Origin: a virus | Taxonomy: Duplodnaviria; Caudoviricetes | Length of the DNA: 45,449 nucleotides | Strand: one strand, 5' to 3' | IMG/VR virus record: IMGVR_UViG_3300010047_000002 | Coordinates: 1-45,449 of that record | Part shown: piece by piece, positions 1 through 8,080 of the stretch | Layout: every line of letters begins with the position of its first letter | Position numbering within the stretch: position 1 is the stretch's first letter | Notes under the pieces: generated by a model | What the model was told of the DNA's origin: nothing | The model's database searches: none | What the model saw: only the letters and a program-made list of their open reading frames with translations | Translations under genes and position numbers: made by a program

Positions 1-123
1 GTTATCGTTCTGACCGGCGATGCGTTGGAACGTGCCGCCGGCCGCGTTGCACTTGAACCAAAAATCTATCGTCAGATCGCTGGTGCCGAGCGTAAAGTCG
101 GTGGTGTCCGGCACCGTCCACCA
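1..123. repeat. Terminal direct repeat, copy 1 (circular assembly overlap)
   Basis: Bases 1-123 (gttatcgttc...gtccacca) are identical to 45327-45449. The repeat lies inside a continuous ORF. Confidence 0.95.
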
Positions 124-2454
124 GTCGCCCGCGCCATCGAAGAAACCGCTAGACCCGCCGAATTTACTGTCAGTGGTGTCAATCTTCGCATTGCCGGCGA
201 CGGTAAAGACCTTGGAGTTCACCATGCCGCTGGCAAACTCATCGCTAACGAGCGAGGTCGAGTTGTTGGGTCCGCTAAAGTGAATAAGAAGCCTGGTGAA
301 ACTGTCGTTGCCGTTGATCGCCAGCGCGCTCCAGCGTGCGACGCCGATAGACAAACGCATCTCATCGAGCCAACCGAACCACGGATTGGCTATTTCATCA
401 CCGAACGAACCGATGCCGAGCGGGCCCGTCAGATCGTTGACGGTTGGCGAGGCCAAGGTCAACGCCTGGCCGTCCTGCGAGCCGTCGATAAACTGCCAGA
501 GATTGTTGCCGCTGCGCACGAGGGCATAGTGATGCCAGCCGGTATTAAACCCGCTATCGACCTGGAACGAGCCGTTGATCGCGAACGATGATGCGCCGGA
601 GAAGATATTGCCGCGCATCGAATTGGTCGTGTTGTTGCGATAGACAGCATAAGAACGCTCAGCATTGGTGCCGGCGCTCGCCGTATTGGTCTTGCCAATC
701 GCAACCCTGAATGAGCCGCTCGCCGACGACACGTTGAACCAAAAATCGATGGTGAAATCGCCCGAGCCGAGCTCTAAGTCTGAGCTATCAGGCGTGCGCC
801 ACCAATCGCCGGCACCATCGAACAACATCGAAGCACCGCCGAACTTCGAGGCCGCCGTGTCGATCTGCGCGTTGCCCGCCACCGTGAAAACATGCGCGAA
901 TGCAGCGCCCTGATCCGCAATAACCGTCGCCGTGTCGGCGCCGTCTCCATGCACCAATAGCTTGGTGAAGCTATCCGGCAATCTACCGGCGTAGAGGCTT
1001 GAATAGCGGTCGATGCCAACGCTCAAGCGGAATTCATCGATCCAGCCATTCCAAGTCGTGGTGGCGCCGCTCGTGCGCCCGCCAATCACCCAGTCCTGCG
1101 CGCTGTCGTTGACGGCGACACTGATCGCAACGTCACCACCCTCCTGCAGCCCATCGATAAACATGCGCAGGACATTGCCATTCCTCACCACTGCGAGGTG
1201 ATGCCAACCCGTGTTGGTAACGTTGGTGAATTGCGTCGCGCTGGTGATGCTATAAATATTGGTGCCATCCGACACAAACACCCGCATGACATCAGAGGAG
1301 TTGCGCTGGCAGTAGATCGAGCTCGCCGCATTGGTCGGGCCTGCATCGCTCTGCCCAAACAGCGCAGCCGTCGCGCCACTCGCCGCGAGGCATTTGAACC
1401 AACACTCGATTGTCCAGTCGCCGGAACCGAGGGTCAGGTCAGTGCTGTCTGGTATGCTGATCTGATCGCCGACACCATCAAAGAGGCCAGAGGCACCGCC
1501 GAATTTTGAGTCAGCGGTATCGACCTGGGCGTTGCCGGCAGCAGTCCAATTATGATTAGTCGAAGTGCCGAGCGCGCTATCACCGAATGCAACCGCAGCG
1601 TCCGCGCCATCCATGTGTGGCAGAAGCTTTGTAAATGCATCATTGCCGGTGGCGTAGCCGGCGGTCCACCTGGCGATGCCGACGGAGAGACGGAACTCAT
1701 CCAGCCAACCGAACCAACTGTTGGCGCCGCCACCGTCGCGAGCTCCTACAGTGAGACCGTTGGCACTATCATTGACGGCTCCCGTGAAGGAGATGTTGTT
1801 GCCCTCCTGGGCACCATCAATGAACATCTTCAATACGTCCCCCGTGCGCACCACCGCGAGGTGATGCCAGCCGGGGTTCACCGTGTTGGTGTACTGCTTG
1901 ACGCTGAACATCGAGCGGAATGCAGCGCCAGTGCTCAGCGAGAATTGGATTTGATCGCCTGCGGTCTTGAAGAGACCCCACGCGCTCGCCGCTGCGGTGA
2001 ACCCCGCATCGGCCTGGCCGGCGATGCAGCGGGTCGTGCCGCCGGCTGTATTCATCTTGAACCAGACATCAATCGTGAAATCATTCGCGCCTAGCGTGAA
2101 GTCCGCGCTGTCTGGGGTCGTGACAAAGTCGCCCGTCCCGTCGAAGAGACCTGAGGCGCCGCCGAATTTGGAGTCGGCGGTGTCAATCTGGGCGTTACCG
2201 TTCGTGGTCCAGGTATGCGCCGGGCTCGTCGGCGCGTCGTCATAGAACGTGGTCGTGGCGTCAGCCCCATCCATGTGCAGCAACACCTTCGTGAAGCTGT
2301 CGATGGTCGAGCTCGGGCCATACTGCTGAATGTCCGGAAACGGAGCGTATTGACCGGCGACGGAGTAAACGCCCTTCGCCTCGGTGCCCGGATCGGCGCG
2401 GTCGCTCTTATCGGGTTCCCAACTCTCGAACGGGATCGGGTTTGGATCGGTCAT
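1..2454 (-). CDS. 5' part of a ~1,680-aa tail nozzle/DNA stabilisation-type protein with LamG (concanavalin A-like) repeats; continues across the junction
   Basis: ATG at 2454 overlaps the upstream TGA (ATGA). Hand translation shows no stop down to base 1, and the frame matches ORF 42738..45440. N-terminus MTDPNPIPFESWEPDKSD; repeats of DSFTKxLLHxDG...GWHH...GWxDEFRxSVG. Confidence 0.9.
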   Translation of the reverse strand, partial: MTDPNPIPFESWEPDKSDRADPGTEAKGVYSVAGQYAPFPDIQQYGPSSTIDSFTKVLLHMDGADATTTFYDDAPTSPAHTWTTNGNAQIDTADSKFGGASGLFDGTGDFVTTPDSADFTLGANDFTIDVWFKMNTAGGTTRCIAGQADAGFTAAASAWGLFKTAGDQIQFSLSTGAAFRSMFSVKQYTNTVNPGWHHLAVVRTGDVLKMFIDGAQEGNNISFTGAVNDSANGLTVGARDGGGANSWFGWLDEFRLSVGIARWTAGYATGNDAFTKLLPHMDGADAAVAFGDSALGTSTNHNWTAAGNAQVDTADSKFGGASGLFDGVGDQISIPDSTDLTLGSGDWTIECWFKCLAASGATAALFGQSDAGPTNAASSIYCQRNSSDVMRVFVSDGTNIYSITSATQFTNVTNTGWHHLAVVRNGNVLRMFIDGLQEGGDVAISVAVNDSAQDWVIGGRTSGATTTWNGWIDEFRLSVGIDRYSSLYAGRLPDSFTKLLVHGDGADTATVIADQGAAFAHVFTVAGNAQIDTAASKFGGASMLFDGAGDWWRTPDSSDLELGSGDFTIDFWFNVSSASGSFRVAIGKTNTASAGTNAERSYAVYRNNTTNSMRGNIFSGASSFAINGSFQVDSGFNTGWHHYALVRSGNNLWQFIDGSQDGQALTLASPTVNDLTGPLGIGSFGDEIANPWFGWLDEMRLSIGVARWSALAINGNDSFTRLLIHFSGPNNSTSLVSDEFASGMVNSKVFTVAGNAKIDTTDSKFGGSSGFFDGAGDWWTVPDTTDFTLGTSDLTIDFWFKCNAAGGTFQRIAGQNDN

Positions 2455-3116
2455 AGATCCCAAGCCCTCTGCGTGCCGGTGTAGAGTTTGCCGGCGGCTT
2501 TACGTTCGAGCTGCCACTGCGCCTCCTGCAGGCCTTCGGAGGCCAGCGCCTTGCCTTCGGCGTCCCTGGTGATGTCGCGATAGATCAGATACTTCGCCTG
2601 CTGCCGGATGAGGTGTTCGCCCTCCACCATCCAGGCGTTGGTGTCGCCATCAGCGCTCAAGGGATTGGGCGAGAGGCGCGCCAGACCATCGATGTTGATG
2701 GGATAGGCGGCAGCGGGAACCGGGAATAGCCGGAGCTGGTCATTGAAAATCGTATAGCTATCGGGCTGCCCGGTGTACTGCGAGGCGGGCGCGGCTTTGC
2801 GCGTGAACCATTCCTGCGTGCGCGGCGTGAGTGGATAGAAAGAATTGTTGACGGTGGCGGAGATGTTGTCGATCTCCAGGAGCTTCTCGCCCGTACCCAC
2901 CGCGCTGCCGTCGTAGATCTTCAGGGTGGTGCCAACGAGGTCGTAGTATTCTTGGCCCTGCACGGTGGTGATCAGATACTTGCGTTCGTTGAAGACAAAG
3001 CGCAGCCCTTCCCAGGTGCGGATCGCGTCATTAATCGCATTGCGGATCTGGCCGGCGAGATCATCGCGCACGATCTCATCCGCGATGCGCGTCTGCATCA
3101 CGAGGTATGTCGTCAT
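2451..3116 (-). CDS. Head-tail adaptor (tail tubular protein A-like), 221 aa
   Basis: Start taken at MTTYLVMQTRIADEIVRDDL; GQPDSY...LRLFPVP...DTNAWM motifs; lies between capsid and nozzle genes. Confidence 0.75.
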   Translation of the reverse strand: MTTYLVMQTRIADEIVRDDLAGQIRNAINDAIRTWEGLRFVFNERKYLITTVQGQEYYDLVGTTLKIYDGSAVGTGEKLLEIDNISATVNNSFYPLTPRTQEWFTRKAAPASQYTGQPDSYTIFNDQLRLFPVPAAAYPINIDGLARLSPNPLSADGDTNAWMVEGEHLIRQQAKYLIYRDITRDAEGKALASEGLQEAQWQLERKAAGKLYTGTQRAWDL

Positions 3117-3122
3117 ATGATG

Positions 3123-3148
3123 AAAAAAGGCGCCGGTTGCCCGGCGCC
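3123..3148 (-). terminator. Rho-independent terminator after the capsid genes
   Basis: Minus strand GGCGCCGG-GCAA-CCGGCGCC-TTTTTT: 8-bp stem, GNRA loop, U6 tract. Confidence 0.8.
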
Positions 3149-3162
3149 AGTTCCCACGCCAA

Positions 3163-3558
3163 TTATGGGGTTTCGTCGGGCGGGACGTAGCCAACCTGGA
3201 TGTCGGCCGTTCCCACCGTGCCGCCGGTCACCGTGAACGTGGCCAGCACCTCGATGTCGGTGTCCGGATTGTTCCCGATACCGGCCACCAAGGCCACGTT
3301 GGTGAAGCCCAGCGTCGCCAGGCCATTGGCCGCCGAGGCGGCAATGTTGGCGAGCGAACCCAACACACCCAGCGAGTAGACCGGTGTCGTGCCATCGAAT
3401 GCGACACGCACGTTGGTGTTCGCCAGGATGATGTTCGAACCGGCCGGGATGCGGCCGATCGATACCGTTTGTGAGGCACCGCCAGCGCGCGTCATGCGCG
3501 TGCGGAGAAAGTTGATCTGCTGACCAACGGGTTTGCGTGCAGTTGAGCCTAGTGCCAT
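3163..3558 (-). CDS. Probable capsid decoration/minor head protein, 131 aa
   Basis: Directly after MCP with an AGGAG SD; beta-rich; IGRIPAGSxI...VAFDG motif. Confidence 0.6.
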   Translation of the reverse strand: MALGSTARKPVGQQINFLRTRMTRAGGASQTVSIGRIPAGSNIILANTNVRVAFDGTTPVYSLGVLGSLANIAASAANGLATLGFTNVALVAGIGNNPDTDIEVLATFTVTGGTVGTADIQVGYVPPDETP

Positions 3559-3590
3559 AGCGGCATACTCCTTTGTTCGTGTCCGGAGGA

Positions 3591-4697
3591 TTAGGAGACG
3601 TTGCCGGCGGTGGCTTTAGAGCTCATCACAACGGTGCCAAAGTCGACGCTGTTGTAGACGCTCTTTTTCAGGCCCGAGATGCAGCCCGCCTTGACGCCTA
3701 ATTTGTTACCATAATCAAAGAGTTGCTCGAACCAATCATACGAGTTCTGATCATGGCCCTGACCGAACGCAGCGACCGCTGCTTGCGCGCCGCACAGCAC
3801 TGCGCGGCGTGCTGTCGTGACGGCGGCACCAGCGTTGGTGACGCCCTGCGTGACACGATAGCTTTCGTGAAGGATGCAGCCATTATACGTGCCCAACGCG
3901 CCCGTGAAGATCGGATTTTGCTGGCTGCCATTGCCCTGCAAAAATGATTTTTGCAGATCGTACCAAGTCACCTGCGCGGTAGCTGTCACAGGCCAGGCGC
4001 GCAGCGATGTGGTCTGATACGGGTGAATAAAAACCACGTACCATTTTTCACCATCGACCAGCAGCGGCCGGATCGGCGGCGAACCCGTCTTCGCCATTTC
4101 CACTGCCTTATCGATCAAGGTCAGCGTGAACACGTCGGTGACGCCGGTTGCAGCGTTGATCGTGCCATCGTCCGTGTTCGTACCAGGACGGACAATCCTG
4201 GCGTTGGCGGTGCCGCTACCGGTCGCGGCAGAGACCGTATTGTGGCCGGTATAGCGGGTATCCGTCTGCACCGTGTAGCCGCAGACTTGGTTGAAAAACC
4301 ATTGATCCCAGCGGTCGGCCCACCAATCCGAGAGCCCCATCATCGCTTCCTCGCGGATGCTGAATGGGATTCTCTGCTCCGTCATTTTTCCTTCGCTGCG
4401 GACTGCGTGGCGGAGCTGGTTGATGATCAAATCGTCGGTGAAAGTGGTCAACGATTCTTCGTTGCCCTCTTGCACACCGTCGCCTTGAGTACCAGCACCA
4501 GTGAGCTGGTAGCGCAGCGTGACGCGGACCCTGTCGCCTGGTCCCTTACTCGTCTCGGGCTTGATCTGCACGAGACTGTCGGAGCCAGGGCCCATGAAAT
4601 TTTTGATATAGCACTTCCGCAAAGCCTCCCTGGCCAGCTTGCGCGACCAGAGTTTCACGGCTTCTACGGCATTCACGCCATATGCTGTGTCTGCCAT
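3591..4697 (-). CDS. Major capsid protein (N4-gp56/DUF4043 type), 368 aa
   Basis: VKLWSRKL, KGPGDRV, EGNEESL, INQLRHAV, NPIFTGALG, CGAQA and FDYGNKLG motifs; downstream of scaffold. Confidence 0.92.
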   Translation of the reverse strand: MADTAYGVNAVEAVKLWSRKLAREALRKCYIKNFMGPGSDSLVQIKPETSKGPGDRVRVTLRYQLTGAGTQGDGVQEGNEESLTTFTDDLIINQLRHAVRSEGKMTEQRIPFSIREEAMMGLSDWWADRWDQWFFNQVCGYTVQTDTRYTGHNTVSAATGSGTANARIVRPGTNTDDGTINAATGVTDVFTLTLIDKAVEMAKTGSPPIRPLLVDGEKWYVVFIHPYQTTSLRAWPVTATAQVTWYDLQKSFLQGNGSQQNPIFTGALGTYNGCILHESYRVTQGVTNAGAAVTTARRAVLCGAQAAVAAFGQGHDQNSYDWFEQLFDYGNKLGVKAGCISGLKKSVYNSVDFGTVVMSSKATAGNVS

Positions 4698-4860
4698 TGG
4701 GGCACACCTTCAGTGATCCCCGCAATTCCGTGCGGGGTGTTGGAGACAATCGGTTGCTAGGTGCGCCGGTTAACGTCTCGGGCTGACGGGCTCCCTCGGT
4801 TTAACGACGCAAGGGAGAGCGTCGAGGCCGCCGTTTAACGCCGGGCGGCAAGGCGAACTG

Positions 4861-5265
4861 TTAGGCGACGTAGGGATCGGCCGTGAGATAGAGGTCCGAG
4901 GTCAACGTCATGTTGGTGTTGGCGCTCATGTTGAGCTTGAGATAGCGCCAGGGATGATCGCGCCGCAGGATGTACTGCGTGACAGCGGTTGCGCTCAGCG
5001 TCAGCGCTGCCACCGCCACGGTCTCGGGCGCTGTGACGATGGCGTAGGCGATGTTCCAAAAGTTGGTGCCGTCGATGGAGCCCAGGATGTTGACCGTGAC
5101 CGTCGGCGTGCCGCCGGCTGTCGCGTTGATCTGCAACACCGCCGCGCCGCGAAGGCTGCCGCGATCAATCGTGTTGGTGCTGTCGGCGTTGCCCGTCTGG
5201 CCCGTCTGCAGGTTGGCGACGGATGTGAGATTTGGCCCGAGGCCGGTCGGCGCAATGGTAGCCAT
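4861..5265 (-). CDS. Hypothetical beta-rich virion protein, 134 aa
   Basis: Lies between scaffold and MCP with a GGAGG SD; T/G/A-rich; GSIDGTNFW and WRYLKL motifs. Confidence 0.6.
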   Translation of the reverse strand: MATIAPTGLGPNLTSVANLQTGQTGNADSTNTIDRGSLRGAAVLQINATAGGTPTVTVNILGSIDGTNFWNIAYAIVTAPETVAVAALTLSATAVTQYILRRDHPWRYLKLNMSANTNMTLTSDLYLTADPYVA

Positions 5266-5276
5266 TTATCCCTCCG

Positions 5277-6323
5277 CTATAGCTTGCCCGCGCGTTTCAT
5301 TCGTTCCCACTGCTTATCGAACTCATCGGGGTCCTCGGCCCAGAGGTCCGAGAGATCCGAGATCGTCATGTCGTTGGCGGTCTTGCGCCCCTCGCCGCCC
5401 GAGATCGTCATCGACGCGCGCTGGCCGCGCTTGGCGGCCTCGATCTTGCCGTTGGCTCCGTTGACCTTCGGCGCGGCTGGCGTGACGTAACCCCTGGTCT
5501 TCGCCGCCTCGTAGTAGAGCGCGGCCGGCGCCACGCCGAGCTGGAAGGCGCGCTGCGCGATGCCGGCGGCGTCGGCCTGCAGGATCGCGGCGCGCATATG
5601 CGCCGGGCTCGGGAAGCCCTGCTGGTGCGCCTCCTGCTGCGCGAGCTGGGAATTGTCGGGATAGAGGTGCTGGAGCTCGCCCATGCGGTGCGCCTTGAGA
5701 TGCTCGCAGGCCGCGTCGTAGTCGCTGATTTTCTGGCCATTGATCTCGACCACGGGCGAGGTCTTGCGGAACTCATTCTCACTCGCCCGGATGTGGTCCC
5801 AGAACACCTGCTCCTGATGTTGTTGCTGCAAGTGCTGCTGCGTTGCCGCCGCGCCCCGGTGCGTCTCGGCCAGCGCGCGCTCCAGCATGGCGGTGCGCGC
5901 CTGGAAGTGACCGATGGGGTCCTCGTTCACATCCGGGATCTTCGGCTCGTCCTGTGGTGGCGGCGCAGCCGGCCGGCGCGATGCCCTGAGATCCTCGATG
6001 AGCTTGTTGACCGCCTGCAGGCTTTCCTCGGCGCGGCGGGCTCGCTCGCGCTCATAGGTGAAGGCGCCCTGCGCGTTGCGGTAATTGCTCTCTAGCTGCT
6101 CGTAGGAGAGCTTCGGTTTGTCGGTCGGTTGTTCAGGGTCACCCTCGCCAGGCGATGGCTGAGCTTCAGTGCGTGCGCCTTTGTCTTGAGGCGCCGCCTC
6201 CCCTTCTTCGCCTTCGCCATCTTCGCCGAGCTCCTTGGCCAGGTCGGCCCATTGCTTACTATCGTCCGGCAATAGGGGTTCGGTCCCCGGCGCCTCAGGC
6301 GCCGTGGTTGCTTTGTCTGCCAT
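5277..6323 (-). CDS. Probable capsid scaffolding protein, 348 aa
   Basis: Acidic disordered N-terminus, coiled coils and a basic/aromatic C-terminal end; lies between portal and MCP. Confidence 0.7.
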   Translation of the reverse strand: MADKATTAPEAPGTEPLLPDDSKQWADLAKELGEDGEGEEGEAAPQDKGARTEAQPSPGEGDPEQPTDKPKLSYEQLESNYRNAQGAFTYERERARRAEESLQAVNKLIEDLRASRRPAAPPPQDEPKIPDVNEDPIGHFQARTAMLERALAETHRGAAATQQHLQQQHQEQVFWDHIRASENEFRKTSPVVEINGQKISDYDAACEHLKAHRMGELQHLYPDNSQLAQQEAHQQGFPSPAHMRAAILQADAAGIAQRAFQLGVAPAALYYEAAKTRGYVTPAAPKVNGANGKIEAAKRGQRASMTISGGEGRKTANDMTISDLSDLWAEDPDEFDKQWERMKRAGKL

Positions 6324-6341
6324 GTGCGAGATCGTCCTTCT

Positions 6342-6770
6342 CTAGTCGTAGAAACCGAGGGCGCGCATCACCGCCTCTTCCTCCTCCCGCTCCTCCTCAT
6401 CGGAGAGCGGCAGTTCCGCCGGATCTGGCGGCGGCGGTGGTGGCGCGGGCCGCTTGGGGAGGCGTGGCACCTCTGTCGAGAGCGGCGGCATGACCGGCGG
6501 CGCGCGCCGGAATGGCATGATCGTCGGCCCGGCCGGCGCCACGTTGACCGGGTCACCCTCGCTGTAGGGCTGATCTACAACCGGCTCTTCCGGCGCCTCG
6601 GGCGGTGGCGGTGGCGGCCGGAAGAGGTCCGGATCATCGTAGCGATTGCGGAATGGGAACTGCCGCCGGCCGCGCGTGCCACCACTGCCAGCGCCGCCAG
6701 CTACTGCCGCTGAATAGCCCCAGGACACGCCCCACGCGGCGCCCCAGGACCCGCCCCATGCGTCGGCCAT
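6342..6770 (-). CDS. Hypothetical protein with N-terminal WG repeats, Pro-rich middle and acidic end, 142 aa
   Basis: MADAWGGSWGAAWGVSWG; starts 1 nt after the upstream stop. Confidence 0.7.
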   Translation of the reverse strand: MADAWGGSWGAAWGVSWGYSAAVAGGAGSGGTRGRRQFPFRNRYDDPDLFRPPPPPPEAPEEPVVDQPYSEGDPVNVAPAGPTIMPFRRAPPVMPPLSTEVPRLPKRPAPPPPPPDPAELPLSDEEEREEEEAVMRALGFYD

Positions 6771-6771
6771 G

Positions 6772-8079
6772 TCACGCAGGCCTCCACGGATCGCCCGCCG
6801 TGCCGCTGCCGGTGATGGCGATGCCCTTCACCTGCGTGATGTTGGCGTTGGTGGCCGGCGGCGGCGCCGCGCCCGACGGACCCCACGGGTCGCCCGCCGT
6901 ACCGCTGCCACCAACCTGGAGACCATTGACGTGCGTGACATTGACATCGGTGACGCCGGCAGAACCGATATCGAAGGCCGAGAGGCGCACGCCCATGTTG
7001 TACATTGTCAGCGCCGGGCTCTCGGCGGTGAAGGCACCCGTCAGGTTATTGCGCGTTGCCTTCTTGATCGTCGTGCCGGCCGGGAAGAGCGCCCGATGCG
7101 CGGCGTTCGCAATCGATGAATAGCCGAGCGCGATATCGTCTCCTGGATTTACCTTGAGCGCAACGCAGTAGTCTGTATTCGGCGTCAGCGTGACCGGCGT
7201 CGTTAGCGGAAGCCCAATCCACCCATTACCAAAATTGACCGTATTCATATGGTTGCCGGTCTCAGTGACGCTGCCTATCGAGGTGGGCGTACCGAGCGGG
7301 TCCGAATAGAGCGTAAAGGTAAGGTTCGAATTGGACCTCACGCTCAAAAGGTATGCCTTGAAGGCGTCGAACTGACACGCAAACGGAAGCTGAAAGATCA
7401 GGCCCCGTTCATCCGGGTTTGTTGCATCTTGATAGCCTTCTGAGTTTGTTGCCCCCACAAACGCTGTCTGATCGAAATAGCCCACCGTTCCGTCGTCGAA
7501 CGTGATCAACATCAGCGGCACGTAGCTTCCTGATGTTGACCAGGCGCCGCCTGTGAAGAAGTTGGCGCCAGGAAAGTGCTGCTGGTTGCTGTTCGTTTGT
7601 CCGAACGCGCCGGTATTGCCGTAGACGTTTACAGCGACGGTATCGACGCCACCGCGTCCGGTTAGGTCGAACACAACCGAAACCAAATCACCATGCGACA
7701 GCGTCTTACTGCCGGTGTCCATCGTAACGGTCGTAAAGTTATTATTGTTTATCGTATCGATACCGCCGGTCAGAGTGCGCTTAACATCAAATACACCATC
7801 CGGCCTGGTCGGATTGCCAGTCGCGCTTGTGTCCTGCAGACCAATGTCGAGCGTCGTGGCACCGTTCGCAAATACGACGCTCGTAGACCAAAAAGTGATT
7901 GATCCGCCTCCGGCTGCGCTCAGCGTCTTGTTGGTCGCGCGTCCTGCGATGTAGACGCGACCGAACATATGGGTCTTCATCGTCGCCGCGTTCATCGTCG
8001 TGACGGCGCCAGCACCAATTAAACCCTCCGATAACTGATAGGGCCACCAGAGCCCCTGCGGGATCGTGACCAGCGCCAT
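6772..8079 (-). CDS. Putative virion fibre/spike protein, 435 aa
   Basis: T/G/N-rich beta-type body; C-terminal motif GSGTAGDPW present twice; directly after portal. Confidence 0.55.
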   Translation of the reverse strand: MALVTIPQGLWWPYQLSEGLIGAGAVTTMNAATMKTHMFGRVYIAGRATNKTLSAAGGGSITFWSTSVVFANGATTLDIGLQDTSATGNPTRPDGVFDVKRTLTGGIDTINNNNFTTVTMDTGSKTLSHGDLVSVVFDLTGRGGVDTVAVNVYGNTGAFGQTNSNQQHFPGANFFTGGAWSTSGSYVPLMLITFDDGTVGYFDQTAFVGATNSEGYQDATNPDERGLIFQLPFACQFDAFKAYLLSVRSNSNLTFTLYSDPLGTPTSIGSVTETGNHMNTVNFGNGWIGLPLTTPVTLTPNTDYCVALKVNPGDDIALGYSSIANAAHRALFPAGTTIKKATRNNLTGAFTAESPALTMYNMGVRLSAFDIGSAGVTDVNVTHVNGLQVGGSGTAGDPWGPSGAAPPPATNANITQVKGIAITGSGTAGDPWRPA

Positions 8080-8080
8080 C

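Noticed and set aside
1-123. Biological direct terminal repeat (T7-like)
   Set aside because: It falls mid-gene, far from terS, and its length fits an assembler overlap.
3559-3593. MCP readthrough or frameshift into the next gene
   Set aside because: TAA stop, next gene out of frame with its own SD, and no slippery site seen.
4590-4664. DGR template/variable repeat pair (MCP versus 16885-16959)
   Set aside because: Differences are mostly synonymous, not adenine-specific, and no reverse transcriptase is encoded.
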